A stretch of 63,841 bases of DNA, the filler included, from Octopus bimaculoides (Eukaryota): the NCBI RefSeq assembly GCF_001194135.2. It is 10 parts of 10 records of this genome, joined end to end, with 100 filler letters (N's around TTAATTAATTAA, not from the genome) between each part and the next. Parts side by side here need not be neighbours in the genome. Positions count along the whole stretch, not along the records: positions 1 to 15,030 come from NC_068989.1; 9 more parts are not named here. One strand, 5' to 3'. Shown here in pieces: positions 1-11,550 of the stretch. How positions within the stretch are numbered: the first letter of the stretch is position 1; each line of letters begins with the position of its first letter. The notes below the pieces were generated by a model that saw only the letters and a program-made list of their open reading frames with translations, ran no database searches and had not been told where the DNA came from. Made by a program: the position numbers and the translations under genes.

Positions 1-302
1 TTTTCTTTTCCAGCTTTGATATTTTGGCTTTGTACGTCTTATTTTTAACCCTCCTCCTTATATTATTTTTTGTGCAATGCTTTCCCTCTCTCTACCCACT
101 CAGCAGAAAATGTTTGATCTACTACAAAGTAAATCCCCTTCCCTGTACCCTCTGCTCCTTCTTACCCCCCCCCCCCAACCAAGCTGTATCACTAACACCA
201 CTTGCATCTTGTGGAAAACTTTATTTTTTTCTTACTTTATTTTATACTTTTCAGCATAAATAATTATTTGAAAAGAAAATCATTATTATTACTGCTGCTA
301 CT

Positions 303-2090
303 AAGGGGGTGACCTGGCAGAATCGTTAGCATGCTGACGAAATGCTTAGCAGTATTTCACCCATCGCTACGTTCTGAGTTCAAATTCCGCTGATGTTGAC
401 TTTGCCTTTCATCCTCTCAGGGTTGATAAAATAAGAACCAGTTGAACGCTGGGGTTGATGTAATCGACTTATCTTCACCTCCCCCAAGCTGCCCTTGTGG
501 CAAAAATTTGAAATAATTATTATGACAGCTACTGCAACCCATGCTAGCATGGAAAGCGGACGTTAAACGATGATGGACTGCTTTTTTGGCAGAATCAGTA
601 GTGCAGTGGACAAAATGCTTCATGGTATTTCTTTTGGCTCTTCATGTTCTGAGTTCAAATCCTGCTACAGTCAACTTTGCCTTTCATCTTTTTAGGATTG
701 GAGACGAAAATAAAGATTGTGGTTTCAATTCCTGGATTGGACAATGCGTTGTGTTCTTAAGCAAAACACTTCATTTCACATTGTTCCAGTCCACCTGGCT
801 GGTAAAAACAGCCAATCCTGCTATGGCTTGGTGTCCTGTCCAGGGAGGAATAGAGAAACCGGAATATTGACCCTATGCCCCTTATGAAGTAATGTGGACA
901 AACCGATTATTTTAAGGGTGGCAAGCTGATGGAACCATTAAAAGTATTGGGCTAAATGTCTTGCAGGATGTGTTACGGCACTCTCATTCTATCAGAGGTC
1001 GATAAAATAAGGTACCATTTCGATACTGGGGTTGATCTCCACTTAAAATTTTTGGCCTTGTGCATAAATCATGTGGTAAGCTGGGAGTACTGTAAGGGTG
1101 TTGGAGAAAGTGCCTTGCATTATTTGTTCTGGTTTTTTATATTCCGATTTCAAATTCCACCGAGGTCTTCTTTGCTTTTCATCCCTCTGTGGTTGATGAA
1201 ATAAAGTACCAGCCGAGTACTGGGAGTCAGTGTAATCAACTGGTCTCTCTCAAGTTGCCAACCATTTGTTCCTAAACAAGGAAGAATTATTATTATCATT
1301 ATATAAAGTGGCGAGCTGGCAGAATCGTTAGCACACTGGATGAAATGCTTAGGGGTATTTCACTTGTCGCTATGTTCTGAGTTCAAATTCCTTCGGGGTC
1401 AATTAAATAAATACCAGATACGCACTGGGGTCGATGTAATCAACTTAATCCCTTCCCCCCAAATTTAAGGTCTTGTGCTTCCAGTAGAAAGGATTATTAT
1501 TATTATTATTATTATTATCATTATACCCATGGCAGTTAGCTAGCAGAATCGTTGGCATGCCAGGCAAAATGCTTCATGGCATTTCGTCCATCTTTACGTT
1601 CTGAGTTCGAATCCCACTGAGATCAGCTTTGACTTTCATCCTTTCAGGGTCAATAAAATAAATACCAGCTGAACTCTGGAGTCGATTTAATTGACTAAGC
1701 ACCCCCCTCCCCCCAAAAAACTAACTGCCCTTGTGTCAAAATTTGAAACCATTCTTAGAGCAGTGCCAGATGTTATCATCATCATCATCAGCATTTTATG
1801 TCCTTATTTACTTGCTACTAAGGACTGGATGGTGTGTGATCTAACATTGTGTTTTGCCATTAGTAATGGGCTTTCATCATTTGACACATGCAACAACACA
1901 GAAAACTGTCAATCTTTGATGTTGTGTGTACTATGTACTATGGTTTTCTTATATATTAACGCCCCTCCTATTAGCAACTACTTTATGACATCAATTGGAT
2001 GTAATAAGTACCAGTTGAAAACTGGGGTCGATGTAATCGACTCCTCCCCTCCCCCAAAATTGTTGCCCTTGTGACGAAATTTGAAACCTT
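303..2090 (+). mobile_element. Cluster of about 7 SINE-A copies (about 303-520, 588-695, 915-1075, 1077-1300, 1305-1525, 1530-1760, 2000-2090)
   Basis: Repeated gctggcagaatcgttagc...ttctgagttcaaattcc (B-box-like)...tttgcctttcatcctttcggggtcgataaa..agtaccag...ggggtcgatgtaatcgact, with (ATT)n tails. Confidence 0.9.
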
Positions 2091-2589
2091 TTTTTTTTTT
2101 TTTTCTTGTCAAAATTTTTATAATAGGATGCCTTTCCTATCCTAATCACTTTACAGCATTGACTAGATGCATTTTATATTGCCATCAACACATGAGAGAT
2201 TGTCTGCCCAGACTAAATTGTCCCCTCTGTATTAGTTTTTATTCTGAATTACTATCCTGCTAGATGGGCTAACATTGCTGCAGCTTGTAGGGTCTTCGTT
2301 TCTTCCTCATTTGGAGTATAAATTGTACAACTGGATGCAGTCCACTCAGCAAGGTAGTTGTTATTAGGAAGGGCATCCAGTCATAAAAACTATGCCAAAA
2401 CAGACACAGAAGCCTGGTGTAGTCTTCTGGTTTGCTAGCTCCTGTCAAACTGTCCAACCCATGCTAGCATTGAAAGCAGACACTAAATGATGATGCTCTT
2501 CAAATCTGCAAAAGTCCCTTTACATTCTGAGCTTATATCCTGCTGAACTTGACTCTGCTTTTATCTTTCTGGGTAGTATATGTGCCAGG

Positions 2590-2870
2590 TTGGGTGAGGT
2601 ATGGAAGCACATGCCATTGTAGCGTGTCACTGCATCCACCATTTGTCAGTATCTGCTTGGGTCCTCCTGGGTAACCTGCCGAGCAGTGACCCAGTCAGTT
2701 CCCCTCTCTGGGAGGTACTTCCTCGTCTGTTGTATGAGCCATGTGGCTGACCAGATTGAGCTGTCACCCCACTACCAATCATGATTAAATCAACTTCACC
2801 TTGGAGGTGGTGTTGAAGTACGACCTTGTCTTGAACAGTCTAAAAACAATCTAAAGACCCTTCTCCTTAA
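2590..2870 (-). mobile_element. Old RTE-like LINE 3' relic
   Basis: Degenerate GHMAH...GGPKQ pattern on the minus strand, with many stops. Confidence 0.35.
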
Positions 2871-3997
2871 AATGTATGGCCTGTTCCAAAGTAAAAATAA
2901 TAAACAAACAACCAAAAAACCATAGGTAGTATCCCTTTTTTTATTGGTTCACCTGCCTTCCCCTTTTTTTGTGTGTGATTCATCATCATCATCATTTAAT
3001 GTCCACTTTTCATGCTGGCATGAGTTGGATGATTTAACTGAGGACTGGCGAACCAGATGGCTACACCAGCCTCCAGTCTGATTTGGCAGAGTTTCTACAG
3101 CTGGATACCCTTCCTAACGCCAACCACTCCGAGAGTATAGTGGGTGCTTTTATGTGCCACCGGCACGATGGCTAGTCAAGCGGTACTGGCGACGGCCACG
3201 CTCGAAATGGTGTATTTTACGTGCCGCCTGCACAGGAGCCAGTCCAGCGGCACTGCCAACGATCTCGCTCGAATGTCCCTTCACGTGCCACCGGCACAAG
3301 TGGCAGGAAGGCGCCGTGTGAGTAAAATGGTGATGTCATGTTTACATCCCTTACGAACAATACATTATGTTGTTTTGTGTTTTTTGACTTATGGTGACTG
3401 GTGAAGCAATAAAACCCGTACTTGCCAAACTCTTTGAGGTTGGCCCCTCAGGATGAGCATCTGACTGTAAAATACTGTCCCCAATGAGATCTTCATCCAG
3501 TCCATGCCAGCATGGAAAAGCAGAATTAGAATGGACCAACTAGCATGTGTGCAAATGTGGATAAGTCTGCTTTGCAATCAAATGGTAATTGGTTTGATTC
3601 CATTGTGAGGTACTTTGGGCATGTATTTTCCACAACAGCTTTGAGTTGACCAATGCTTTGTGGTTGAAATTTGATGAACAGAAGTTTTGCAGTAGTCCGT
3701 CATGTATGTTTGTATATATCTTGTGTCAATATACTTCTGTGAGAAAGCTGGTGTATTCATGTAAGAGCACACAGTGTTATTTGTTCTGCTCAAGTTACAC
3801 AGACACTCTCTTGTCACTTTTATCATCGTCATCATCATCATCATCATCATTTAATGTCTGTTTTTCATGCTAGTATAGGTTGTGTGGTTTGACCAGAGCT
3901 GGCATGCAGGAGAGCTGCACCAGGTTCCAATTTGATTTAACTCGGTTTCTTCGACTGGAAGCCCTTCCTAATGCCAACTATTCCACAGAGTGTACTG

Positions 3998-4172
3998 GGT
4001 GCTCTTTACATAGTCCAGCACAGGTGCTTTTTACATGGCACCAGCACAGGTGCTTTTTAAATGGCACCAGCACAGGTCCTTTTTAAATGGCACCAGCACA
4101 GGTCCTTATTACGTGGTGCCAACACAGGTCATTTTTACGTGGAACCGGTATGGGTAATTTGTATGTGGCGCC
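3998..4172. repeat. 26-bp minisatellite (about 7 units) inside a SINE-B copy
   Basis: ccagcacagg at 4015, 4041, 4067 and 4093, ccaacacagg at 4119, and a degenerate unit at 4145. Confidence 0.9.
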
Positions 4173-5674
4173 TATACATAAAAATGAAAATGCAGTGAAA
4201 CAGTGATTGGTTTATTGGAAATCTATACCTAGTGACACTGTTTCCAAAATACCTGATATAGAATGTTTAGACTAGGATAATAACTAAAATGGCTTTATTA
4301 AGGCCAGGGTCTGAGGAAACTAAAGTGGTGGTCTCTGTAGGCAATGATTCATTCAGTAGAGTTGTCAAATTGTGGATAGATTTGTGTGATGTGGGTTTTT
4401 GAGAAAACTAGTGTGTTCAATAAAGCCCCTTCTGTTGTTGAAAGAAAGTTTTTCTGATGGTTATGGTTGCATTGAGCTAATATTTATTGATTTGTTACTT
4501 TGATCTATCATGGATATCAAATGGAAGGACTTCGTCTCCAATCTTGCAGTCCTTGAGAAATCTCAGGTCAACAGCATTTTGAAGCCACCAGATATTGTCT
4601 CAAATGGACAGATGATGTGTGCCATATACAAAAGAAAATGACCCAGCTTTTCTCTACTGCATCTTTTGCAGTGAACTCAGCACTGGCAAAATACTGCCCT
4701 CTGTAATGTTACAATGGTCAAATCAAACAGATTATGTGAAAGAGCAACATCAGCCTTCAGCCTGAGAAGAACCAGCAGTGGATTAGCAAACTCTACCTTC
4801 AGACAATCTTGACTGTTGCAGGTTCATTTGGAAAAGAGCATTGCAGAAATGAAGAGGACAAATAATGAAGATGAAAATTCTGTCACTCTGTCCATTAGCT
4901 GAAATTTGTGCAAATGTGTGTTTTATGCTTGGGTTAGTCTTCTCCATCATTAGAAGTGCCGACAGCACAACAAATGAAAAAAACAAAAAGTGGAATGAAA
5001 TATTTGGAAATGAAAAAAGCTGATGGCAATTTTGGAGAGCAGGGAAACCTCCATTATGAAGTCATTGAGAAGTCTTGTTTTTATTTGCACCATCACACTA
5101 ATATTTTTATATCAATGTAATGTGTGTGTGTGTGTGGCTGTTGTATATACTCTTATTGTAAGCAAAAATAACTGACATACAAAAACAGTCTCATTTATTT
5201 GGAAATAGATGAAGGTTGTTGACAGGAAGAGCATCCAGCTGTAGAAAAACCTGCTTCAACAGCTTTCATCTGGCCTACACAAACAAACATGGAAAAGTGG
5301 ACTTCATTATGAGGTTAAAAGGTGCTAGCAGAGATTAGTGATTATTATTAAGTGCAAAGAAACTCCAGTAGTAACATCAGACAGAAAGGTAGAATTGTCT
5401 GAATTATTACTGTTCTTGATAGGTACAGGCATGACTGTGGTAAGAAGTTTGCTTCTCAACCACATGATGGTTGTGCTGGTATGTTAAAAGCACCCAGCAC
5501 ACACTGTAAAGTGGTTGGCATTAGGAAGGGCATCCAGTTGTTGAAACCAAGCCAAATCAGACTGGAACCTGGTGTAGCCCTCCAGCTTGTCAATTCTAGT
5601 CAAACCATCCAACCCATGCCAGCATGGAAAACAGACGTTAAAGGATGATGATGATGATGATGAAAGAGGATAAA

Positions 5675-5900
5675 GACAGCGAGCTGGCAAAACTGTTTGC
5701 ACACCAAGCAAAGTGTGTAGTGGTATTTTGCCTGTCTTTATGTTCTGAGTTCAAATTCTCCCGAGGCTGACTTTGCTTTCATCCTTTTGGGGTTGATAAA
5801 TTAAGTACCAGTTGTGTACTGGGGAGGGGGGGGTCAATGTAATCGACTTCCTCTTCCTCTCAAAATTTCAGGCCTTGTGCCTATAATAGAAAGGATTATT
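5675..5900 (+). mobile_element. SINE-A copy
   Basis: Same head, core and tail as the 303-2090 cluster. Confidence 0.85.
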
Positions 5901-6206
5901 AAAGAAGGTGGGTGACTGACGGAATTGTTAGACTGTCAGATAAAATGCACCACACAATTGCATGTTTATTCCATTGCGGCAAAGTGCAATGCCTATGTCA
6001 GAACCCATTTACTACCATATTGTACTATGCTGCAGGATGAAGAAAGGTTGAAAAAATCACTGATGTAGAACTTCTCTGTTTGTTCTCTGCATTAGGTAGG
6101 GGGCATGGTGGAGAGATATCCTAGTTTTAATGTCAAGGATTTTATTATATAGCTTTCTATTTTAAGACAACAAAAGGGATTGTCCTGTAATCATCTTAAT
6201 AATTAA

Positions 6207-6426
6207 CCCTTTTGATACAAACCCACCCAAGACTATCCCTGGTTCTATGACCTAAGCTTACTGTTTTGGTGTGATCTAAATTAAAACCTTCCCTCAAAAT
6301 TTTATGTTAATTTGTTCCTGACGGCAGCTTAATAAGAAGAAAGTTATTTTACTAAATTCTTCAATATTTTAAAAATGGATTGAAACTAAGACGGTATATG
6401 TCAACAGAAGTATGGTAACAAAAGGG
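6207..6426. mobile_element. piggyBac-type MITE, 220 bp
   Basis: TTAA at 6203-6206 and 6427-6430. TIRs cccttttgatac / gtaacaaaaggg match at 11/12. Confidence 0.85.
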
Positions 6427-6574
6427 TTAAGATACCATTGAAGAACTTGTTTGCATGTATTTATCTACAGAAAGTTCGCTTCATGGAACTGGATTTCTTT
6501 CAAGTTGTACTTGAAGCAGCTGGGATATTTGGCCTCAACTGCACTTTGCAAACCCAGTATAAATATTTATTTCT

Positions 6575-6790
6575 TTATTGCTCACAGGGGGGCTAAACAT
6601 AGAGGGGACAAACAAGGACAGACAAAGGGATTAAGTTGATTACATTGATCCCAGTGTGTAACTGGTACTTATTTAATCGACCCCGAAAGGATGAAAGGCA
6701 AAGTTGACCTTGGCGGAATTTGAACTCAAAATGTAATGGCAGCCGAAATACCGCTAAGCATTTCGTCCACCGTGCTAACGATTCTGCCAG
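6575..6790 (-). mobile_element. SINE-A copy with alternative 3' tail
   Basis: Head and core as SINE-A. The tail ccctttgtctgtccttgtttgtcccc...caataaagaaat is also seen at 27905-28040. Confidence 0.85.
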
Positions 6791-7579
6791 AACCCAGTAC
6801 AAATATTGACATAAATCTTACAGCACTGCTGCTGGTTATAACATAGTAACATAGGATTCCATCTCTATATGTAAAGCGATATATTCAATCTTTAGTAGAC
6901 TGAGACATTGAGAGACAGGTTATATCCTAATTGTTATTATTTTGCATCCAATTTTTCATGCATCACTATGTTGCTTGAGGCTTCTGTTCCTCAACATTTT
7001 GCTGGAGTTCAGTATCCTGAGATCAGCCTTCAAATCTTCTTCCACAGGTTCCATCTATTTGGATTCCATGCTGTTTTATCCTATGGTCATGCTTCATACA
7101 TCGGTTGCCAGATGTATAACCCTGTTTGTATGTTGGTTCAAGGCAAGACAGCAGACCAGCCTTGATACTGGATTACTGATAAACTACTGGTACCCTTCAG
7201 AAAGTCATGAACATCACACAATCTCACTTGTTTGAGTCTTTATCCTAATGCAGGGAATAAAGATTTACCACTTTGAGTAGCACTGATTTAAGGGGTTAAA
7301 TCCAACATAGCATCTTTTACTCCTCTTTAAGATTCTACACTCAAACATCATTTATAAGATAGACGGACATGTCCTTCTAAATGTACACTGCTTCTATAAG
7401 TTGAGACTTTAATTGGGGCCATGATGCTCTTGTTTCTTTCAGTAACTTGAAGATATTATCACTAAACATACCAAGTTGCATGAATAAGAGCTACTCTCCA
7501 TAAACATGTAGCCTTGAGTTGTTGTATCTCATGGCGTGACACCCCAGGCAATTGTCCTCTACAATGACATTAAAAAAAA

Positions 7580-7835
7580 ATAAATGCGCCCTTTTAAAGC
7601 CTAACCAGGCTCATGGGCCCGGTTTCCCTGTTTCAATGGCGTATGTGTTCCCCGCTGAACGGGACGCCAGTCCATCGCAGCGTTACTCATTTTTGCCAGC
7701 TGAGTGGACTGGAGCAACGTGAAATGAAGTGTTTTGCTCAAGAATACAATGCGGCGCCTGGTCCAGGAATCGAAACCACAATCTTACAATCATGATGCTG
7801 ACACCCTAGCCACTAAGCCACGTGTCTCACACAAT
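7580..7835 (-). mobile_element. tRNA-derived SINE-E
   Basis: gtggcttagtggctagg A box, ggtttcgattcc B box and A/T tail. The head also occurs at 21985-22065, and the body at 715-875. Confidence 0.85.
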
Positions 7836-8286
7836 AACCTTAAGCCAACCATTATCATCATCATCATTGTTTGATGTCCATGTTTCATGTTGGCAAGGGT
7901 TGGATGGTGATAAGATCTGACTACGGTGAGGGCTGTGTTGGTCTCCAGTGTGTGCAATGTTATGGTTTCTATGGAAGGATACCCTTCCTAATGCCAACCA
8001 CTTTACACAGTGGACTGGGTGCTTTTGTGTGTGTGTGTGGTACCAGCACTAGTGAGGTCACCAAGTAACTTGTAGGACAAAACCCCTTCACAAAAAAGTG
8101 CTTGCAGTATTGAGTGGGGTGGCTTTGTGCCAGATGCTGAGAAGCTAATGTCTGAAAGAGGGACAGGAACAGGTGTCTCATTGTAGAGGAGATACATGGC
8201 TGCCTCAGCAGGGAAAGGAAAAGGGATGTGGAGATGAGGTATCAGAGCATACCCTTAATGTACAGTAAGTTGTAGAGAGAAGAATT

Positions 8287-8320
8287 AAAATATGGAGTGC
8301 TTCACAAATTTACATGTCAT
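8287..8320 (-). pseudogene. U6 snRNA 3'-end fragment
   Basis: aaaatatggagtgcttcacaaatttacatgtcat matches the reverse complement of the U6 3' end (AAAATATGGAACGCTTCACGAATTTGCGTGTCAT) at 29/34. All differences are transitions. Confidence 0.7.
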
Positions 8321-10314
8321 ACCTGGAATCAGTTGACAGAGACTGTATGGAAGCCTGATGTATAGTCATGTGCGTGTGGGCGTATCTGTGTTTATCTGGG
8401 CAAATGTTGACTTCACAGCTTTGCATGTCACTGCCTGAGTGAAACTCTGATGTGATCTTAACATTTTTTGTTAAGAATATGTACCATAAACTTTGTGCCT
8501 TTGCAAAAGAAAAAAAATTCCTTTATTTGAAACAAAAATGGAAGGACAATTGGCTGTAAAATGCTGCTGAAAATAAGTCTGCATGGAAAATGGATCTAAA
8601 AGGAAGAATATGAAGGAAATACTTCTCTCTGTCATTCTCACTACATTTGAACGAGATACAGTTGAAACCCTCAGACTTAGTACAACACATGATTTGCACA
8701 ATTTCTGATGATCTTCCTTGCTCACCTAACATATATATCGTTATAACTGCATCACAGAATGTTGGATTTCTCTTTAGTGTTAGAAAATGCTTCATTTGCT
8801 GGGCCTTTGTGGAACCCAAGCAAGACTGGAAGTACTGTTCCCCGTATATGTGACACTACTGCTGCCATACACACAAACGTCCTTGTCTAAAGCCAAAAGC
8901 TGGCCATACTACTGAACGGCGAAGATCCATTCATTGATACAACTGGCATACACACACACACACACACACACACATACAGTTTCCTTTCTCTCTCCACTCC
9001 AACCTTATTTGTTACCCTTACTCTGTCTCTCTTCCCTGATTCTGTTACAATCCTTTCTTTCGAGAAAACACACACTCTCTCCCTTTCTCCCCACTTGTGT
9101 GCCATACCTTTTTACAGGCATTGGCAATCATGTACCTCCATGCAAAAGCCTGATGATTGATGAATCCTGTGAGGGAAAGATATGACAGCAGTTTCCCTTT
9201 ACTTCTTGCTAGTTTATTTATAATTTACTCTGCTTCATCTCTCTTGAGCTTACCCATGAAGCACAGAATCTTTTTAACCCTTAAGTAGTGGGGCTGATTC
9301 ACATGAGTGGGTCTGTGTGACACATATGTAGGGGGTCGGCCATCTTCCACATTCTGTTTGCTTTATCCACAGGACCATCTTCTGATCTTTAACCCATATT
9401 GGGGTGTCACGCAACTGGCATCCCTGCTAGTGGCACGTAAAACCACCCATTACACCCTTGGAGTGGTTGGTGTTAGGAAGAGCATCCAGCTGTAGAAACC
9501 ATGTCAAACTGGACTGGAGTCTGATGCAGCCCCTCAGCTTGCCAGCCCTGTGTGTGAATGTATAACATGTATATGCTTGTGTATGTTTGAATGTATACAT
9601 GTATATGTTTGTGTGTGTGTGTGTATATGTATACATGTTTGCATGTGTGTGTATATATATAGAGATTGATAGATATGGCTCTGTGGTCAAGAAATTTGCT
9701 TCCCAATCACATGGTGGTTTTGAGTTCAGTTTTACTGTTTAGCAAGGGCCTACTACTATAGCGCTGTGCTGACCAATGCCTTGTGAGTAGATTTGGTAGA
9801 CAAAAACTGAAAGAAGCCCATCGTATTTGTAAATATCGGTTCAAGTGTTTGCATGGCTAACTTCATATTTCCTTGCTGACACATGTTCATCTCCTGTTTG
9901 TGAACAATGGCTTCACTGTTGATATCATTTGTTTGCAATCTACCACGAAAGCTTGTCCAGCTTTCTTGACAAGACTTGACATGTGGCATGATCTTTGTTA
10001 AGAAAGGGCTCATTTCTCTGGTATTTTTTTTTTTTTTTACTTCCATTTCTCCATGTAAACATGCATGGGCAGTTTGTTTGATAGACAGGGAGGTTATTAC
10101 TTCACCTGGAAACAAGTGGAGGCTGGTTGCAAGAAGGGCATCTGGCTGTAGAAAACTCTGCCCCGTCTGACCCCATGCTTACACATACTCATCCCCTGTT
10201 TGTGAACAATGGTTTTGCTGTAGATGTATAGTTGCAGCCTGATGACATGCTCTTTCGGGTGATTGTCTGTTTGATATCATCACACCAGAACTAAAATTAT
10301 TGATTCTTTTACAG

Positions 10315-10341
10315 GAATTTAGAGAAATGGAGACATCACAA
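10315..10341 (+). CDS. Candidate 27-nt microexon (NLEKWRHH) with a GC donor, upstream of exon 10515
   Basis: Acceptor gattcttttacag, donor CAA|gcaagt. The phase-2 end AA joins the A of exon 10515 to give Lys in frame. Confidence 0.4.
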
Positions 10342-10514
10342 GCAAGTTTCATTGGTTTTGTAATTCTCCAGATGTTAATAGTACAGTCAGAGCTGTAGTC
10401 CCTTATGGTTTCCCTTTTGCATTGTCATTACTAAGATTGCTTTGTTAGGGTTTAATAATATGTCAAGGTTTGTTTCCCTTAATTGTCCTTATTTTGTTTT
10501 TGCTATTTTTGCAG

Positions 10515-10645
10515 AGACCGTTTGGAGAGACTAGAGTTTGAACGGAGAGTGAGGGAACAGCGAGAGATACGAGAGCAGCAGAAAGAACGTGAAAGACAGG
10601 CTCGAAAGAAAGAGGAGAGAAGGAACCAAGCACTGCGCAATGAAG
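10515..10645 (+). CDS. Internal exon of an Arg/Glu-rich, RS-containing nuclear protein (CDK11/PITSLRE N-terminal-like): DRLERLEFERRVREQREIREQQKERERQARKKEERRNQALRNE
   Basis: Acceptor tattttttgcag, donor GAAG|gtgaga. Open frame, and its phase-1 end matches the next exon. Resembles RDRLEQLERKRERERKMREQQKEQREQKERERR of CDK11 (from memory, not searched). Confidence 0.85.
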
Positions 10646-10864
10646 GTGAGAATCAGCCTGCTTTTGTTGTTCATTCCCAAATCAAGTAAACATCTGACCA
10701 GCAGCCTTCCGCTTGTCATTGTCCTGCTGCTGCTATAAACATTGGTGGCAGTGTAATGTCTGGGACTTCTTAATTGTCTGCAAACATCTAATATGTTCTT
10801 AACATATTTTTAAAGACTACAGAATGGTTTAAGACACGTTTGGCTATTATTAAGTCTGGTTCTT

Positions 10865-11085
10865 AAAGGCGGCGAGCTGGCAGAAACGTTAACACACCGG
10901 GCAAAATGCTTAGCGGTATTTCGTCTGCCGCTATGTTCTCAGTTCAAATTCCGCGGAGGTCAACTTTGCCTTTCATCCTTTCGGGGTCAATAAATTAAGT
11001 ACCAGTGAAACACTGGGGTTGATGTAATCAACTAATCCCTTCCCCACAAATTTTAATCCTTGTGCCTTTAGCAGAAAGGATTAAG
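10865..11085 (+). mobile_element. SINE-A copy (young, intronic)
   Basis: Near-consensus, with CpGs largely retained. Confidence 0.9.
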
Positions 11086-11243
11086 TCTTTGTACTGTCAG
11101 TAGAAGCAGCAGCAGCACATTTTATGTCAAAGATGATATTGAGAAGGGGTTTTCTTTCTTTCCCTCCTTCCTTCCTTCCATGTGTGTTTCATTGAAGACT
11201 GTTTTTTGAGAATATTTCTACTTGACATTTTATGTTTTTGTAG

Positions 11244-11381
11244 AAATGGAACGGGCAGAACGGCGTCGGTTGAAACGGCACTTCCGAAGTCGAAGTCCGA
11301 GTCGTGAAAGTCGACACCATGACCATATGAATCGATGGGATGCAAAGGCACGACCCAGAAAGAGATCTCCTGATGAACAGC
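11244..11381 (+). CDS. Internal exon, same gene: EMERAERRRLKRHFRSRSPSRESRHHDHMNRWDAKARPRKRSPDEQ
   Basis: Acceptor tatgtttttgtag, donor CAGC|gtatgt. Phase 1 at both ends. Contains an RSRSPSR motif. Confidence 0.85.
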
Positions 11382-11524
11382 GTATGTATTTCAGGTTTTC
11401 TTGACTTGCTTTCTAGACTATATTTTCTTCAACTCATTCATACTTGCACCTCCTCCTTACTCCATGTTTAGTTCTGTTGTTCATTCATTAGTTCCTTTTT
11501 ACATCTGATTTTTCTTGCTTGCAG

Positions 11525-11550
11525 GAGTTGGATGATTACTTATCATTGAG
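11525..11550 (+). other. Candidate 26-nt frame-breaking (poison) cassette exon
   Basis: Acceptor gatttttcttgcttgcag, donor GAG|gtatat. Inclusion after 11381 reads CGA GTT GGA TGA (stop at 11533-11535). Confidence 0.35.

Larger units (their letters stand above)
2280..5665. mobile_element. Scattered SINE-B copies (about 2280-2500 +, 2985-3320 -, 3420-3525 +, 3820-4172 -, 5170-5310 +, 5425-5665 +)
   Basis: Shared ggaagggcatccagctgtagaaa and ccaacccatgctagcatggaaa...(gat)n motifs. Confidence 0.85.

Noticed and set aside
3143-3300. CRISPR-like repeat-spacer pattern
   Set aside because: The spacers are similar to each other, so these are tandem units within a SINE. There are no cas genes and the DNA is eukaryotic.
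4510-4990. Coding-looking stretch tested as an upstream exon of the RE-rich gene (likewise 8570-8850)
   Set aside because: No consistent acceptor, donor and open frame. More likely old LINE debris.
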